Origin: Nitrospirota bacterium
GTDB lineage: Bacteria > Nitrospirota > UBA9217
Length of the DNA: 64,000 bases
Reading direction: 5' to 3'
Assembly: GCA_020052615.1 (NCBI GenBank)
Contig: JAGVOT010000101.1
Span: 57,592-121,591 of the forward strand
The notes beneath the pieces are model-generated. The model searched no databases. It worked only from the letters and a program-made list of their open reading frames with translations, and was not told where the DNA came from. Positions 46,648-56,543 of the stretch are shown here, one piece after another. A program made the translations under genes and the position numbers. Each line of letters begins with the position of its first letter. The stretch's first letter is position 1.

Positions 46648-48402
46648 ATGAAATGGGTACTCGCAGAACATGATGCGGGGGCCGTTTCGCGGCTCTCGGA
46701 CCAGGCCGGCGTTCACCCCCTCATCGCACGTCTGATGATAACCCGGGGGATCGCCGATGCTGCAGCTGCGCTCTCATTTCTCAGCAGCGATCTTCTCTCT
46801 CTCTCCAATCCTCATATATTCTGCGGCATGGATGCGGCGATCGGACGCATCCATGACGCGATCTCCTCGCGCCAAAAGATCGTCGTCTTTGGGGATTATG
46901 ATGTTGACGGCGTTGCCGGAGCGGCGCTTTTGTACCTGATGCTTCGTGACCTCGGCGCCGTCGTCGACTCCTACATTCCCGACCGCATCACCGAGGGATA
47001 TGGCCTGAATGCCGGCGCTCTCGGGAAGTTGCAGGAAACCGGAGCGCGCCTTGTCATTACCGTTGACTGCGGGATCAGTGCGGTCAGAGAAGCGGGGGCC
47101 GCCAGGTCCCTGGGGCTTGATCTCATCATCACGGACCATCACGAATCAGCGGCGGTCCAGGGCAACGGTTCGGTTCCTGCAGGGGAAAAGCTCCCTGACG
47201 CGCTCGCGGTCATTCACCCCCGCGTTCTCCTGCCCGATACTCCCGACGGGGTCAGGGCGAGCGTCGGCTGTCTCACGGGCGTGGGCGTTGCCTTCAAACT
47301 TGCGCAGGCACTGCTCGGCGCAGCAGCCGATGATGAGCGTCTGAAGAAGTATCTCGACCTGGTCACCCTCGGAACGGTGGCAGACATGGGGCGGATCACC
47401 GGTGAGAACCGGGTCCTGGTGAGGCACGGGCTGGACATCCTTTCGTCCGATCCCGCGTCGCTTCGCCCCGGCATCACTGCCCTGAAACAGGTCGCCGGCC
47501 TGAGCGGCAAACGGGTGAACGTGGGGAACGTGGGCTTCAACCTTGCGCCGAGGATCAACGCGAGCGGCAGGCTTGAAAAGGCCGATTCGGCATTCCGGCT
47601 CATGACCACCGATTCCGTCGATGAAGCGGCCCGCCTGGCAGCCCAGCTGGACACGGTCAACCGGGAGCGGCAGGCCGTCGAAGAGGGCATCTGGGGAAGT
47701 GCGCGCGAGCTCTGCCTCCAGGAGGACCTGGCGAACACCGGCGCGTTCATCCTGTCGTCCGCGGACTGGCACCCCGGTGTCATCGGCATCGTCGCGTCGC
47801 GGATCGTCGATGAGTTCTACCGGCCCGCTGCCCTGATTTCCGTGAAGGACGGCGTGGGAAAAGGATCTGCGCGCAGCATCCCCGGATTCGATCTCTATCA
47901 GGGGCTGACGGCGTGCTCTGATCTGCTGTTAGGCTTCGGCGGCCACAAGTACGCGGCCGGTCTTTCCGTTGCGGCGGACCAGATTCCCCGGCTCCGTGAC
48001 CGATTGAGCGCGGTGGTCCTGGAACAGTTCGGCGCCGGCGGTTTTGTGAGGACCATTACGATCGATTCGCCCGTAAGCTTTGATGAACTGACGTTCGATC
48101 TGATGCGCGACATCGAGCGAATGGCGCCCTTCGGCCAGGGAAATCCGGAGCCTCGGTTCGGCGCGAAAGGCATCGATGTCCAGTCGATCCGGCCGGTGGG
48201 GAACAACAAGCACCTGAAGCTCCGGCTTCGGCAGCGGGACGGCCAGTGCTTCGATGCGATAGCCTATAACAAGGGAACATCGATCGGAAGCTGGCTCAGG
48301 CGCGGTGCCCGGATCGCCGCGGTGTTCACGCCCCGCATCAATACCTGGAACGGGATGAAGAACATTGAACTGGATATCAAGGATGTTAAGATGGAGAAGT
48401 AA
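46648..48402 (+). CDS. recJ: Single-stranded-DNA-specific exonuclease RecJ.
   Basis: DHH motifs VVFGDYDVDGVAGAALL, ITDHH; DHHA1 GGHKYAAG. Confidence 0.9.
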   Translation: MKWVLAEHDAGAVSRLSDQAGVHPLIARLMITRGIADAAAALSFLSSDLLSLSNPHIFCGMDAAIGRIHDAISSRQKIVVFGDYDVDGVAGAALLYLMLRDLGAVVDSYIPDRITEGYGLNAGALGKLQETGARLVITVDCGISAVREAGAARSLGLDLIITDHHESAAVQGNGSVPAGEKLPDALAVIHPRVLLPDTPDGVRASVGCLTGVGVAFKLAQALLGAAADDERLKKYLDLVTLGTVADMGRITGENRVLVRHGLDILSSDPASLRPGITALKQVAGLSGKRVNVGNVGFNLAPRINASGRLEKADSAFRLMTTDSVDEAARLAAQLDTVNRERQAVEEGIWGSARELCLQEDLANTGAFILSSADWHPGVIGIVASRIVDEFYRPAALISVKDGVGKGSARSIPGFDLYQGLTACSDLLLGFGGHKYAAGLSVAADQIPRLRDRLSAVVLEQFGAGGFVRTITIDSPVSFDELTFDLMRDIERMAPFGQGNPEPRFGAKGIDVQSIRPVGNNKHLKLRLRQRDGQCFDAIAYNKGTSIGSWLRRGARIAAVFTPRINTWNGMKNIELDIKDVKMEK

Positions 48403-48436
48403 GAAGGTAAGAAGTAAGAAGTAAGAGAGCGAACCT

Positions 48437-50593
48437 ATGTCAAACGTCCGTCTTGAAGACATCGTGGAGCGGCTCCAGAGCAACAACCCCGAGGCCGATG
48501 TGGACCTGGTGAGGCGCGCCTATATCTTTTCCGCCAGGGCGCACCAGGGACAGACGCGACTTTCCGGAGAATCCTACCTGATCCATCCTCTCGATGTGGC
48601 AAAGATCCTGGCGGACCTCAAGCTGGATGCCGCGACCGTGGCCGCCGGCATTCTCCACGACACCATCGAGGACACGACCTCGACCACCGAGGAGATTCAG
48701 TCCCTGTTCGGCGACGAGGTGGCCAAGCTTGTGGACGGAATGACCAAGCTGTCCCGCATCGAGCTCCAGAGCCGTGAGGAGCGGGAGGCCCAGAACTTCC
48801 GCAAGATGATCGTTGCCATGTCCAACGACATCCGGGTGATCCTGATCAAGCTCGCCGACCGGCTGCACAACATGCGCACGCTGAAGTTCCTCACGCCGGA
48901 GAAGCAAAAGCGCACCGCCCAGGAGACCCTCGATATCTACGCGCCCCTTGCCAATCGCCTGGGTATTGCGAAGATCAAGACCGAGCTTGAGGACCTTTCG
49001 TTCCAGTATCTTCATCCCGGGGAATACCGGGAGATCGCCAACAAGGTCGCCCAGAAGCGGCTAGAGCGCCAGACCTATATCAATGAGCTCATCGAGATCG
49101 TAAAGCGCCAGCTCGCGGAGCACGGCTACAAGGGTGAAGTGAAGGGGCGTCCCAAGCATCTCTACGGCATCTGGCAGAAGATGCAGAAGCAGGGCATCTC
49201 CTTCGATGACGTCTACGATCTTATCGCGGTGAGGATCATTACGGACACAAAGGTCAACTGCTACGCAATCCTCGGCCTGATCCATTCGCTCTGGACCCCG
49301 GTCCCGGGCAGGTTCAAGGACTTCATCGGCGTTCCCAAGTCCAACCTCTACCAGTCGCTCCATACAACGGTCATCGGCCCCAAGGGAGAGCGCGTGGAGT
49401 TCCAGCTGCGCACCGAGGAAATGCACCGGCTCGCCGAGGAAGGAATCGCCGCCCACTGGCGATATAAAGAAAAGTCGGCCATGAGCCAGCGTGAAGAACA
49501 GCAGTTCGCGTGGCTCCGCCAGCTCCTGGAGTGGCAGTCCGACCTGACCGACGCCAAGGAGTTCATGGAGACGGTCAAGGGCGACCTGTTCCCTGACGTC
49601 GTGTATGTCTTCACGCCGAAAGGGGATGTCCGCGAGCTTCCCCAGGGATCGACGCCCGTGGACTTCGCCTATGCCGTGCATACCGACATCGGCCACCAGT
49701 GCGTGGGCGCAAAGATCAACGGCAAGATCGTTCCGATAAAGCATGTCCTCCGCAACGGCGACCGCATCGAGGTCATCACCCAGACCGGCCACACACCGAG
49801 CCGCGACTGGCTCAAGTTCGTCAAAACGTCCAAAGCGCGCACCAGGATCAAGGCCTGGGTCAAGACGGAAGAGCGCAGGAGGAGCATCCTGCTCGGGAAG
49901 GAACTGCTTGACAAGGACCTGCGGAAGCACGAGCTCAGCCCCGCAAAGGTGTTCAAATCGAACGACATTCACCGCGTAGCCCATGAACTGTCGCATACTA
50001 CGGTGGACGACATGCTCGCGGCCATCGGCTATGGCAAGGTATCGGCGCACATGGTGGCCAACAAACTCGCGCCGGACCGGCCCCACATCGAGCCCATTCC
50101 GAAAAAACCGCTGAAAAAGCCGGCGCCGGAGAAGAAGGGTGCCGGCGGCGGCATGAAGATCGGCGGCATGGACCAGATGCTCTTTCATCTTTCCAAATGC
50201 TGCAGCCCGGTTCCCGGCGACAAGGTCATCGGGTTCATCACGCGGGGCCGCGGCATCTCGATCCACACACTGGACTGCCCGAACGTCGCCGATATGACCG
50301 TCGACAAGGAGCGGATGGTTGAAGTGACCTGGGGCGAGTTCAAATCCGGCGCCCATGCGGTCAAGATCGCGGTCCTTACCCAGGACAAACCGGGCATCCT
50401 GGCAAGCGTATCGTCCTCGATCAGCGCCGCCGAGGCGAACATTTCCCACGCGGAGGTCACAACCGGCGCTGACAAGCAGGCTTCCCTGAACTTCACCATC
50501 GAGATCAGCGATGTAGAGCACCTGAACCGCATCATCAGGAGCATTGCGTCCGTGGACGGCGTCATGGATGTAAAGAGGGTGAAGGCTGGATAA
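48437..50593 (+). CDS. rel: Bifunctional (p)ppGpp synthetase/hydrolase (Rel/SpoT).
   Basis: HD: HPLDVAKILADL...HDTIEDT. RelA_SpoT synthetase, TGS and C-terminal ACT domains. Confidence 0.9.
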   Translation: MSNVRLEDIVERLQSNNPEADVDLVRRAYIFSARAHQGQTRLSGESYLIHPLDVAKILADLKLDAATVAAGILHDTIEDTTSTTEEIQSLFGDEVAKLVDGMTKLSRIELQSREEREAQNFRKMIVAMSNDIRVILIKLADRLHNMRTLKFLTPEKQKRTAQETLDIYAPLANRLGIAKIKTELEDLSFQYLHPGEYREIANKVAQKRLERQTYINELIEIVKRQLAEHGYKGEVKGRPKHLYGIWQKMQKQGISFDDVYDLIAVRIITDTKVNCYAILGLIHSLWTPVPGRFKDFIGVPKSNLYQSLHTTVIGPKGERVEFQLRTEEMHRLAEEGIAAHWRYKEKSAMSQREEQQFAWLRQLLEWQSDLTDAKEFMETVKGDLFPDVVYVFTPKGDVRELPQGSTPVDFAYAVHTDIGHQCVGAKINGKIVPIKHVLRNGDRIEVITQTGHTPSRDWLKFVKTSKARTRIKAWVKTEERRRSILLGKELLDKDLRKHELSPAKVFKSNDIHRVAHELSHTTVDDMLAAIGYGKVSAHMVANKLAPDRPHIEPIPKKPLKKPAPEKKGAGGGMKIGGMDQMLFHLSKCCSPVPGDKVIGFITRGRGISIHTLDCPNVADMTVDKERMVEVTWGEFKSGAHAVKIAVLTQDKPGILASVSSSISAAEANISHAEVTTGADKQASLNFTIEISDVEHLNRIIRSIASVDGVMDVKRVKAG

Positions 50594-50708
50594 CAACGAA
50601 GAAGGCAGAGGGTGCGAAGATGAGAAAGAACTGTCTTGCCGCTTCCTTCTTCGCGCGTTCTCACCTTCTCACCTTCCTTCCTTTATCGGTGTTTCAAAGG
50701 AGATCACG

Positions 50709-51095
50709 ATGTCCGCTAAACAAGTCATTAAAACCGATAAGGCCCCTCAGGCCATCGGGCCGTACTCCCAGGCGGTCGAAGCGAACGGGTTTGTGTTCGT
50801 TTCAGGACAGATTCCGCTCGATCCGAAGACCGGGAACATCGTCCCCGGGGACATCCGGGAACAGACGAAGCGGGTCATGGAGAACGGAAAGGCGATCCTT
50901 GCAGCGGCCGGCTGCGCCATGTCCGCCGTGGTCAGATCAACGATCTATCTGAAGAATATCGGCGACTTCGCAAGTGTGAACGAGATGTATGGAAGCTACT
51001 TTCCCGCGGATCCGCCGGCCCGCGCAACCGTCGAGGTGGCAAGACTGCCGAAAGACGCCGCGGTGGAAATTGATTTTGTAGCGGTCAAACGATGA
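50709..51095 (+). CDS. ridA: RidA/YjgF-family reactive enamine/imine deaminase.
   Basis: KAPQAIGPYSQAV...VFVSGQIPLDP...ARATVEVARLPKDAAVEID. Confidence 0.85.
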   Translation: MSAKQVIKTDKAPQAIGPYSQAVEANGFVFVSGQIPLDPKTGNIVPGDIREQTKRVMENGKAILAAAGCAMSAVVRSTIYLKNIGDFASVNEMYGSYFPADPPARATVEVARLPKDAAVEIDFVAVKR

Positions 51096-51173
51096 CCGGC
51101 CGCGCTGAACGAACAATGCCTCATTCGATAGAATGCGGGGAACGCCCGCTCGGGGAAACGTCCTGCGATCACA

Positions 51174-51743
51174 GTGAACATTCAACTTCCTCAGACAGAA
51201 AGGCTTAAGCGCTCCTTGAACAGCGCAGGCGCGCTCATAGCCCTGTTTGCCGCACTGGTCGCCCTGCCCGGATGCGGACAAAATATCAAAGCGACCATCA
51301 CCGTTTACCACACCCTCCCCGACAGCACGGCGCTGACCCGCTATGCCTTCGTCACCATGCAGGACCAGGATGAGAACAGCGAAAATGCCACGTACAAGAA
51401 CATCATCCGGCAGGAATTACTGAGATATCACTATATGGAGTCCGATGTCCCGAATGCATCGCTGCTTCTCTCCTTTAGCTATGGGATCAACGAAGGCAAG
51501 GAAGCGGAAAAGAAAGGAATATTCCTCACGTCAACGTATACTGAATACCGGCGCGGACTATGGATGTTCATATTCCAGAAGGGGGTCGCTGATGAGGAAC
51601 GGAAGGTCGTTTATGAAGGAAATGTCATGTGCGCCGGAACGTTGTTGCAGGTGTCCATGGTGATGCCGGCAATGATCAGGGAGCTCCTGAGGGATTTTCC
51701 CGGTGAATCGGCAACGACACGAAAGGCGTTCATTGAGCCGTAG
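51174..51743 (+). CDS. Hypothetical lipoprotein.
   Basis: Lipobox ALVALPGCGQ; no recognisable catalytic motifs. Confidence 0.35.
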   Translation: MNIQLPQTERLKRSLNSAGALIALFAALVALPGCGQNIKATITVYHTLPDSTALTRYAFVTMQDQDENSENATYKNIIRQELLRYHYMESDVPNASLLLSFSYGINEGKEAEKKGIFLTSTYTEYRRGLWMFIFQKGVADEERKVVYEGNVMCAGTLLQVSMVMPAMIRELLRDFPGESATTRKAFIEP

Positions 51744-51934
51744 CATCGGACCATTTCTCAGAGCGAGAAATCCTCAGCCGAGTCATCACTGTCAAAAGAA
51801 CGTTGTACGCATCGGGAGATTGCCGCTGTCAAGATCTTATGAACGAAAGAGATATTGTCTTGAAGTATCCGCAGATATCACAGCCGTTATCAGAGTCGTC
51901 AGCGTCAAAACAAGGGTTTAGGCACTTTGCATTC

Positions 51935-52723
51935 CTATTGCTTCCGGTGCGCATGACTATCGATGTGGTCCATGCAGTATCCCAGTCCGCCGCAGTCAGG
52001 ACAATAACGGAACTCCATATCGGGATGGGTAAGGTCGGTCTTGGCGCATGATGCGCAGCGGTGGAACGCTTCGCGAGTTCCCGTGAGGGTTCGTGCCTGC
52101 TCTGCCATCTTTCTCTTGCCCGTCTGCATCCTCCACCAGATGTCCCTGCCGAAGAACAGAAAAAAATTGCCGATCGAGGCAGCGATGAGCAGCCGCGTCG
52201 ACCAGTCGCCGGAAATGAACGATAACCCGTACCCGATCCAGGCGAGGAGCGCCAGCCATTTGACCTTCACCGGAAGGATGAAGAAGATGTAGAATTGAAA
52301 GTCGGGATAGAGTGCTGCGAAGGCAAGGAATACGGACCCCCCGACGAAGACATTGCTCGCCGCATGGAAGGGGAAGAGGAACGAAACCGCAACGGTCATC
52401 ACGTATCCGGTCAGGAGAAAGACGTTGTACCGGAACGCTCCCCAATGGCCTTCCAGCGCACCGCCCATGAGATAGAACGCATAAAGGGCGAAGAATACCC
52501 AGAAGAGGCTCGAGGCCGGCGGGATGAAGGGGAAGGTGAGGAGCCGCCACCATTCTCCGGCGAGGACCAAGCGAGGGATCAACAGCGCCCGGGTGATGTC
52601 CAACTGCCCCGAATACGAAAAGAGGTACAGGAAGGCCTGTCCGATCACGATCGCCATCGTGACGTTGGGGATCGCATACCGGCCGTATTTGCGTTCGAGC
52701 TTGTGTAATAACGCCATGATCAA
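51935..52723 (-). CDS. Polytopic membrane protein with a C-terminal zinc-ribbon (CxxC...CxxC). TM2 resembles rhomboid-like WRLLT but the catalytic Ser/His are not evident.
   Basis: ~6 TM; EWWRLLTFPFIP...; C-terminus HRCASCAKTDLTHPDMEFRYCPDCGGLGYCMDHIDSH. Confidence 0.35.
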   Translation of the reverse strand: MIMALLHKLERKYGRYAIPNVTMAIVIGQAFLYLFSYSGQLDITRALLIPRLVLAGEWWRLLTFPFIPPASSLFWVFFALYAFYLMGGALEGHWGAFRYNVFLLTGYVMTVAVSFLFPFHAASNVFVGGSVFLAFAALYPDFQFYIFFILPVKVKWLALLAWIGYGLSFISGDWSTRLLIAASIGNFFLFFGRDIWWRMQTGKRKMAEQARTLTGTREAFHRCASCAKTDLTHPDMEFRYCPDCGGLGYCMDHIDSHAHRKQ

Positions 52724-52729
52724 TTCCTT

Positions 52730-53104
52730 TCATATCGGTTTAAGCCGTACGATTGTTGCGCCCCAGCCGCCCGCCTGTTCATCGGCCAACCTGAAGGAGG
52801 AGACTTCCGGCAAACGGGCAAGGAGCGCATGGACGGTTTCCCTGAGCGTCCCGATTCCCTTGCCGTGAATGATCCGCACTTGCAGAATGCCGTGCTTGCG
52901 GCATTCGGCGATATAGTCCGCGACCACGTCCTTCACGTCCTCCGGCCTGAACGTATGCAGGTCGAGCGTTCCGCTGATTGGGATCTTTACGGGGCTTTCT
53001 TCGAACACGGGTCGCCGCTTTCCCGCGGGTCGCAGAACGTATCCTGGCGGTGTTGTCCGCCATCTGGACCCACTCAGGTGTGCCTCGTTCTCCAGCAGCG
53101 GCAT
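52730..53104 (-). CDS. Smr-domain protein.
   Basis: LDLHTFRPEDVKDVVADYIAECRKHGILQVRIIHGKGIGTLRETVHALL fits the Smr consensus (LDLHG...IIHGKG). Confidence 0.7.
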   Translation of the reverse strand: MPLLENEAHLSGSRWRTTPPGYVLRPAGKRRPVFEESPVKIPISGTLDLHTFRPEDVKDVVADYIAECRKHGILQVRIIHGKGIGTLRETVHALLARLPEVSSFRLADEQAGGWGATIVRLKPI

Positions 53105-53116
53105 AGGCGGGCCTCA

Positions 53117-53509
53117 TCAGGACTTCGATGTATTGAGGCCTTTTTTCTGCAGCGAGGAGAAGATCATATCCATCACTTCCTGCTGCCGGGCTTCGTACTT
53201 GTTCAGCACGCCGAGGCAACTCCCCATGGGGAAGCACTTGTGAAGATAGTCGGCGTCCCGGCCGGAGAGGATGACGATCCTGTTCTTATTGACCCCGATG
53301 GAGGTAGCGTAGGCCAGTATCTTGGCGCCGTCGAGTCCCGGCATCTCCAGATCGACCATCAGAAGGTCGAGATCTACCGTGATGGAGGCGAGACATTTTA
53401 TGGGATCGCTGCAGGTCGCGACATGAAGGGCCGGATAGTGCTCTGTCACGTATTCCTCGAGGCGCTTCAGGAATACCGCATCGTCATCGATCAGTAAGAT
53501 ATGCCCCAT
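53117..53509 (-). CDS. Stand-alone response-regulator receiver domain.
   Basis: MGHILLIDDDAVFLKRL...DLLMVDLEMPGLDGAKIL...IVILSGRDA. Confidence 0.75.
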   Translation of the reverse strand: MGHILLIDDDAVFLKRLEEYVTEHYPALHVATCSDPIKCLASITVDLDLLMVDLEMPGLDGAKILAYATSIGVNKNRIVILSGRDADYLHKCFPMGSCLGVLNKYEARQQEVMDMIFSSLQKKGLNTSKS

Positions 53510-53615
53510 CTCTTCTTCTACCTTGCGCAGTGCGACGGACGGAGGGAACGGGGGACCTGTTTCGCGATCCTGCCGCTCAAGCAGGAAGGCATGATGACCT
53601 CCGATGTTCGACCCA

Positions 53616-54282
53616 TCATGATAAAGATTCCCCGTTTATCGTTATCACCCGTCCCGCAGGATCGAACAGGGCAACGAATCGTTCTCCTCCAGCCAGTTCA
53701 GCGTTCACGGCATCGCCTGTGCCGGAGCAGGGGAGGTTTTTCATTCTGAAGTAGGACAGGAGGGCCTTCCGGTGATCGAAATCGTACCGGGAAACGATAT
53801 CTTTCATTGCGCCGATAAGGCCGGTACGGTCGAATTCAGGCCGGCGGCCGCTGTCTCCGCCGTAGAGCAGGATGAACAGCGCACCGCCCTCGTATGGATC
53901 ACGATAATAACCGCTCGCCGCGCAGATCCCGGAAGCGATGAGCGAGAGCATGGTACCGTCAGCTCGATTGAGATCGATCGATGGAGTGGTCAACTCGGTC
54001 ACGCCTTCCCGCGCACCCCATGTCCTGAGGTCCCGGGCGGACCTGAGCAGTTCCTCAGGGACCTCGGGCTGCTCGTCAGCCCACGCCCAAAGCCAGGTGA
54101 GCGAATTGTCCGACTCCGTGCCCAGGAACTGGAAGGGGAAGGCAACATCGGCGCTGAACCGCGCCATGCCGGTGTCAAGGTCAAGCTCCATGATATGTTC
54201 GCCGAGGCGCCTGAAAAGGCCATCCTGTTTTTCAAGAGAGACAAGGGCGATCTTTTCAAAGTGATCGATAACTGAGCTCATA
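53616..54282 (-). CDS. Hypothetical cytoplasmic protein.
   Basis: Start set at MSSVIDHFEKIALV (CAT 54280-54282) to avoid overlap with the upstream DGC gene. No recognisable domain. Confidence 0.3.
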
Positions 54283-54429
54283 GGCGTTTCACGAGGACGA
54301 AGCGGAACCGGAGACACTATAACGCCTCCATAGGGATTTTGCAAGGGACCGGTGATCACGAAGTACCCGGTCAGAGAGTGGTCTGCGCAGCGAACGTGCT
54401 CGAATATCTCCGAACCTGTGCCAAAGATC

Positions 54430-55359
54430 TTATGCTGATTCCACGCGGTTTCTCCCGTTCTTTTTTGCATGGTACATGGCAAGGTCCGCGGCATGGATCA
54501 GCTTGTCCTGGGAGTCGATGGAGGGATCCGGGATGCCGGCAACACCGATGCTAATCGTTGCTTTTTTAGTCTCTGTTCGGGTGAATTCGTGACCGGCGAT
54601 GGCCTTCCTCACCCGCTCAGCGGCCAAGAGTGCCTTGTCCTTGCTCGTGTTCGGGCTCAGGACCACAAACTCCTCTCCGCCCCAGCGGGCAAGCGTATCG
54701 ACCTCGCGGATGGTGGTCTGGATGATCCGGGCGATCTCCTTGAGCATCGCATCGCCCTCCTGGTGGCCGTGGGCATCGTTGACCAGCTTGAAACGGTCGA
54801 TATCGATCATCATGCACGTGAGCGGGAGCTGATACCGCATGGCCCGTTTGAACTCGTTGGTGAAGATGCTTTCGAAGCGCCTGCGGTTGTAGACCCCCGT
54901 CAGCGGGTCCATGATCGCGAGACTTTCGACGCGGGTGAGCATGTCCTCAAGCTGGCGGTTCTTCTTTTTCAGCTCATCCTGGTGCGTCTTGTTCCTCAGG
55001 CGGGCAAAGATGCGGACATTGAGCTCCGATTCGTCGAAGGGCTTGGGGAGGTAATCGTCCGCGCCGGCCTCAAGCCCGGATATCTTGTCGGTCATGGAGC
55101 CTTTGGCGGTCAACATGATGATGGGAATGTCGCGGGTGGATTGGTCGAGCTTGAGCCAGCGACAGACCTCGCTGCCATCCATGTCAGGCAGAATGCGATC
55201 GAGGAGAATGATGTCTACCGTACTTGTCTTGGCGGCCTTGAAGGCGGCCATGCCGTCCCCGACGCAGACAACATAGTACCCGTTCCTGTCCAGATAGTCC
55301 TTGATGATCTTTGCCTGGGTCTTGTTGTCTTCAACGAGCAGTATGTTGGCTTTTGTCAC
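54430..55359 (-). CDS. PleD-like response regulator diguanylate cyclase (REC + GGDEF).
   Basis: REC: ILLVEDNKTQAKII...DIILLDRILPDMDGSEVC...IIMLTAKG. GGDEF: RWGGEEF. RxxD I-site-like RRRFE upstream. Confidence 0.85.
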   Translation of the reverse strand: MTKANILLVEDNKTQAKIIKDYLDRNGYYVVCVGDGMAAFKAAKTSTVDIILLDRILPDMDGSEVCRWLKLDQSTRDIPIIMLTAKGSMTDKISGLEAGADDYLPKPFDESELNVRIFARLRNKTHQDELKKKNRQLEDMLTRVESLAIMDPLTGVYNRRRFESIFTNEFKRAMRYQLPLTCMMIDIDRFKLVNDAHGHQEGDAMLKEIARIIQTTIREVDTLARWGGEEFVVLSPNTSKDKALLAAERVRKAIAGHEFTRTETKKATISIGVAGIPDPSIDSQDKLIHAADLAMYHAKKNGRNRVESA

Positions 55360-55526
55360 GATAGTGTCGTCCTCATTGCGCTCCTGCTGCTCAACTTCCC
55401 TGGGAACGAAGGAAAGGGGCCTGACGCGCAGACCGGATAGTGAGTCCGCGAATTATGTCACAGGGGGCTGAAAAAAACAAGAATAAACATGATGGTTTTG
55501 GGATACCGGTCGTCGAGCGGCCAGGG

Positions 55527-55895
55527 TCAGCCATAACGATGGCCTGCAATGGTCCAATGGAGGAACTGATGGATCTCGTCGGCGGCAGAACAGGCGCTGC
55601 TCCGGACATACTCGTCGCGGTCATGGAGGGCGCGCTCAATGACCGGCCTGATGGATGTCTCGTCGAGACTGCGAAAGCGTCGCGCAAGATGACCGATGGA
55701 CAAGACCGCGTTGCCCCGCACCTTCGGGTCTTCGTGGGTAGTGAGCCGCAGACAGATGGAAGCCCCGCTGCCGGGGTCGGGTGACAAAAGTGCAGCGGTG
55801 ATCGGGACAAGCGGCAGCTCATCGGGCGAATCTCGGGAAACGGCGGCCTCTACATCGTCGGGTGTGAACGATTCAAGATCCTGAAATTTGATCAT
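55527..55895 (-). CDS. Hypothetical HEAT-like repeat protein.
   Basis: Start MIKFQDLESFTPDD (CAT 55893-55895). DPKVRGNAVLSIGHLAR...DRDEYVRSSACSAADEI resembles HEAT/PBS lyase repeats. Confidence 0.3.
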   Translation of the reverse strand: MIKFQDLESFTPDDVEAAVSRDSPDELPLVPITAALLSPDPGSGASICLRLTTHEDPKVRGNAVLSIGHLARRFRSLDETSIRPVIERALHDRDEYVRSSACSAADEIHQFLHWTIAGHRYG

Positions 55896-56040
55896 AGTAT
55901 GTTCGCATCCTACTGCATCCCGGCAGGGTGCGTCAAGGAGAAGGTCCTCTTTTCCCTCATTTCCGACGCTCACCCCGGCAAATGGCGAGGTTGTGCACTC
56001 TAATGAATGATGGGCATGTCAAGAAACTGAGGGAAGGGAC

Positions 56041-56451
56041 AGCGTGGGCATTTTGGACACCATTGCGCATCGTCGAAGCATCAGGGACTTCAAGGAACGC
56101 GCTGTTCCGCATGAGGCCTTGACATGCTGGTAGAGGCGATCACATCGCCCAAGCCCCCCTTGCCGTCGTTGCCTGTCTGGCCCGTCATATTGCCGTAAGG
56201 GTACGGCGACCGGGGCGTCAATCTGTACGGTATCCAGGACGTGTCCGCCAGCATTATGAACCTGCTGCTCGCGGCCCATGAACTGGGCCTCGGGACCTGC
56301 CGGGTGGGACGAGTTTGCTGTTGTGGATATCCTTGACCTGCCGGACCACCTGCGGCTGATCGCGATCGTGCCTGTTGGCTATCCGGGAAGGGTCCCGGAA
56401 GGGCGTCAGAAGAGGATCCCCAAGGAGGAGGCCGTGCAGATGGTGCGATGA
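56041..56451 (+). pseudogene. Decayed nitroreductase-family gene: at least two frameshifts, an in-frame stop and a large internal deletion.
   Basis: Three frames together give VGILDTIAHRRSIRDFKERAVPHEALT / MLVEAITSPKPPLPSLPVWPVILP* / GVNLYGIQDVSASIMNLLLAAHELGLGTC / WDEFAVVDILDLPDHLRLIAIVPVGYPGRVPEGRQKRIPKEEAVQMVR*. These match nitroreductase N-terminal (RRS.R.F), NLLLAA..GLG.C and C-terminal (PVGYP) regions. Total length is only ~410 nt versus ~550-600 nt for intact genes. Confidence 0.55.
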
Positions 56452-56543
56452 GCCCGCATCCCGGGGGCAGGTAAACTACCGGGAGACAACAGCGAAAACC
56501 ATTTGCTTTTCAGAGGATGATATCGTAATATCCTACTCAAATC

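Noticed and set aside
49061-50596. 511-aa minus-strand ORF.
   Set aside because: Antisense to rel (clear HD, RelA_SpoT, TGS and ACT domains on the plus strand).
51935-52723. Rhomboid protease call for the six-TM zinc-ribbon protein.
   Set aside because: TM2 resembles rhomboid-like WRLLT, but no GxSG catalytic serine or TM6 histidine could be identified. Kept as a generic membrane protein.
54469-55440. 323-aa plus-strand ORF.
   Set aside because: Antisense to the REC-GGDEF gene; no motifs.
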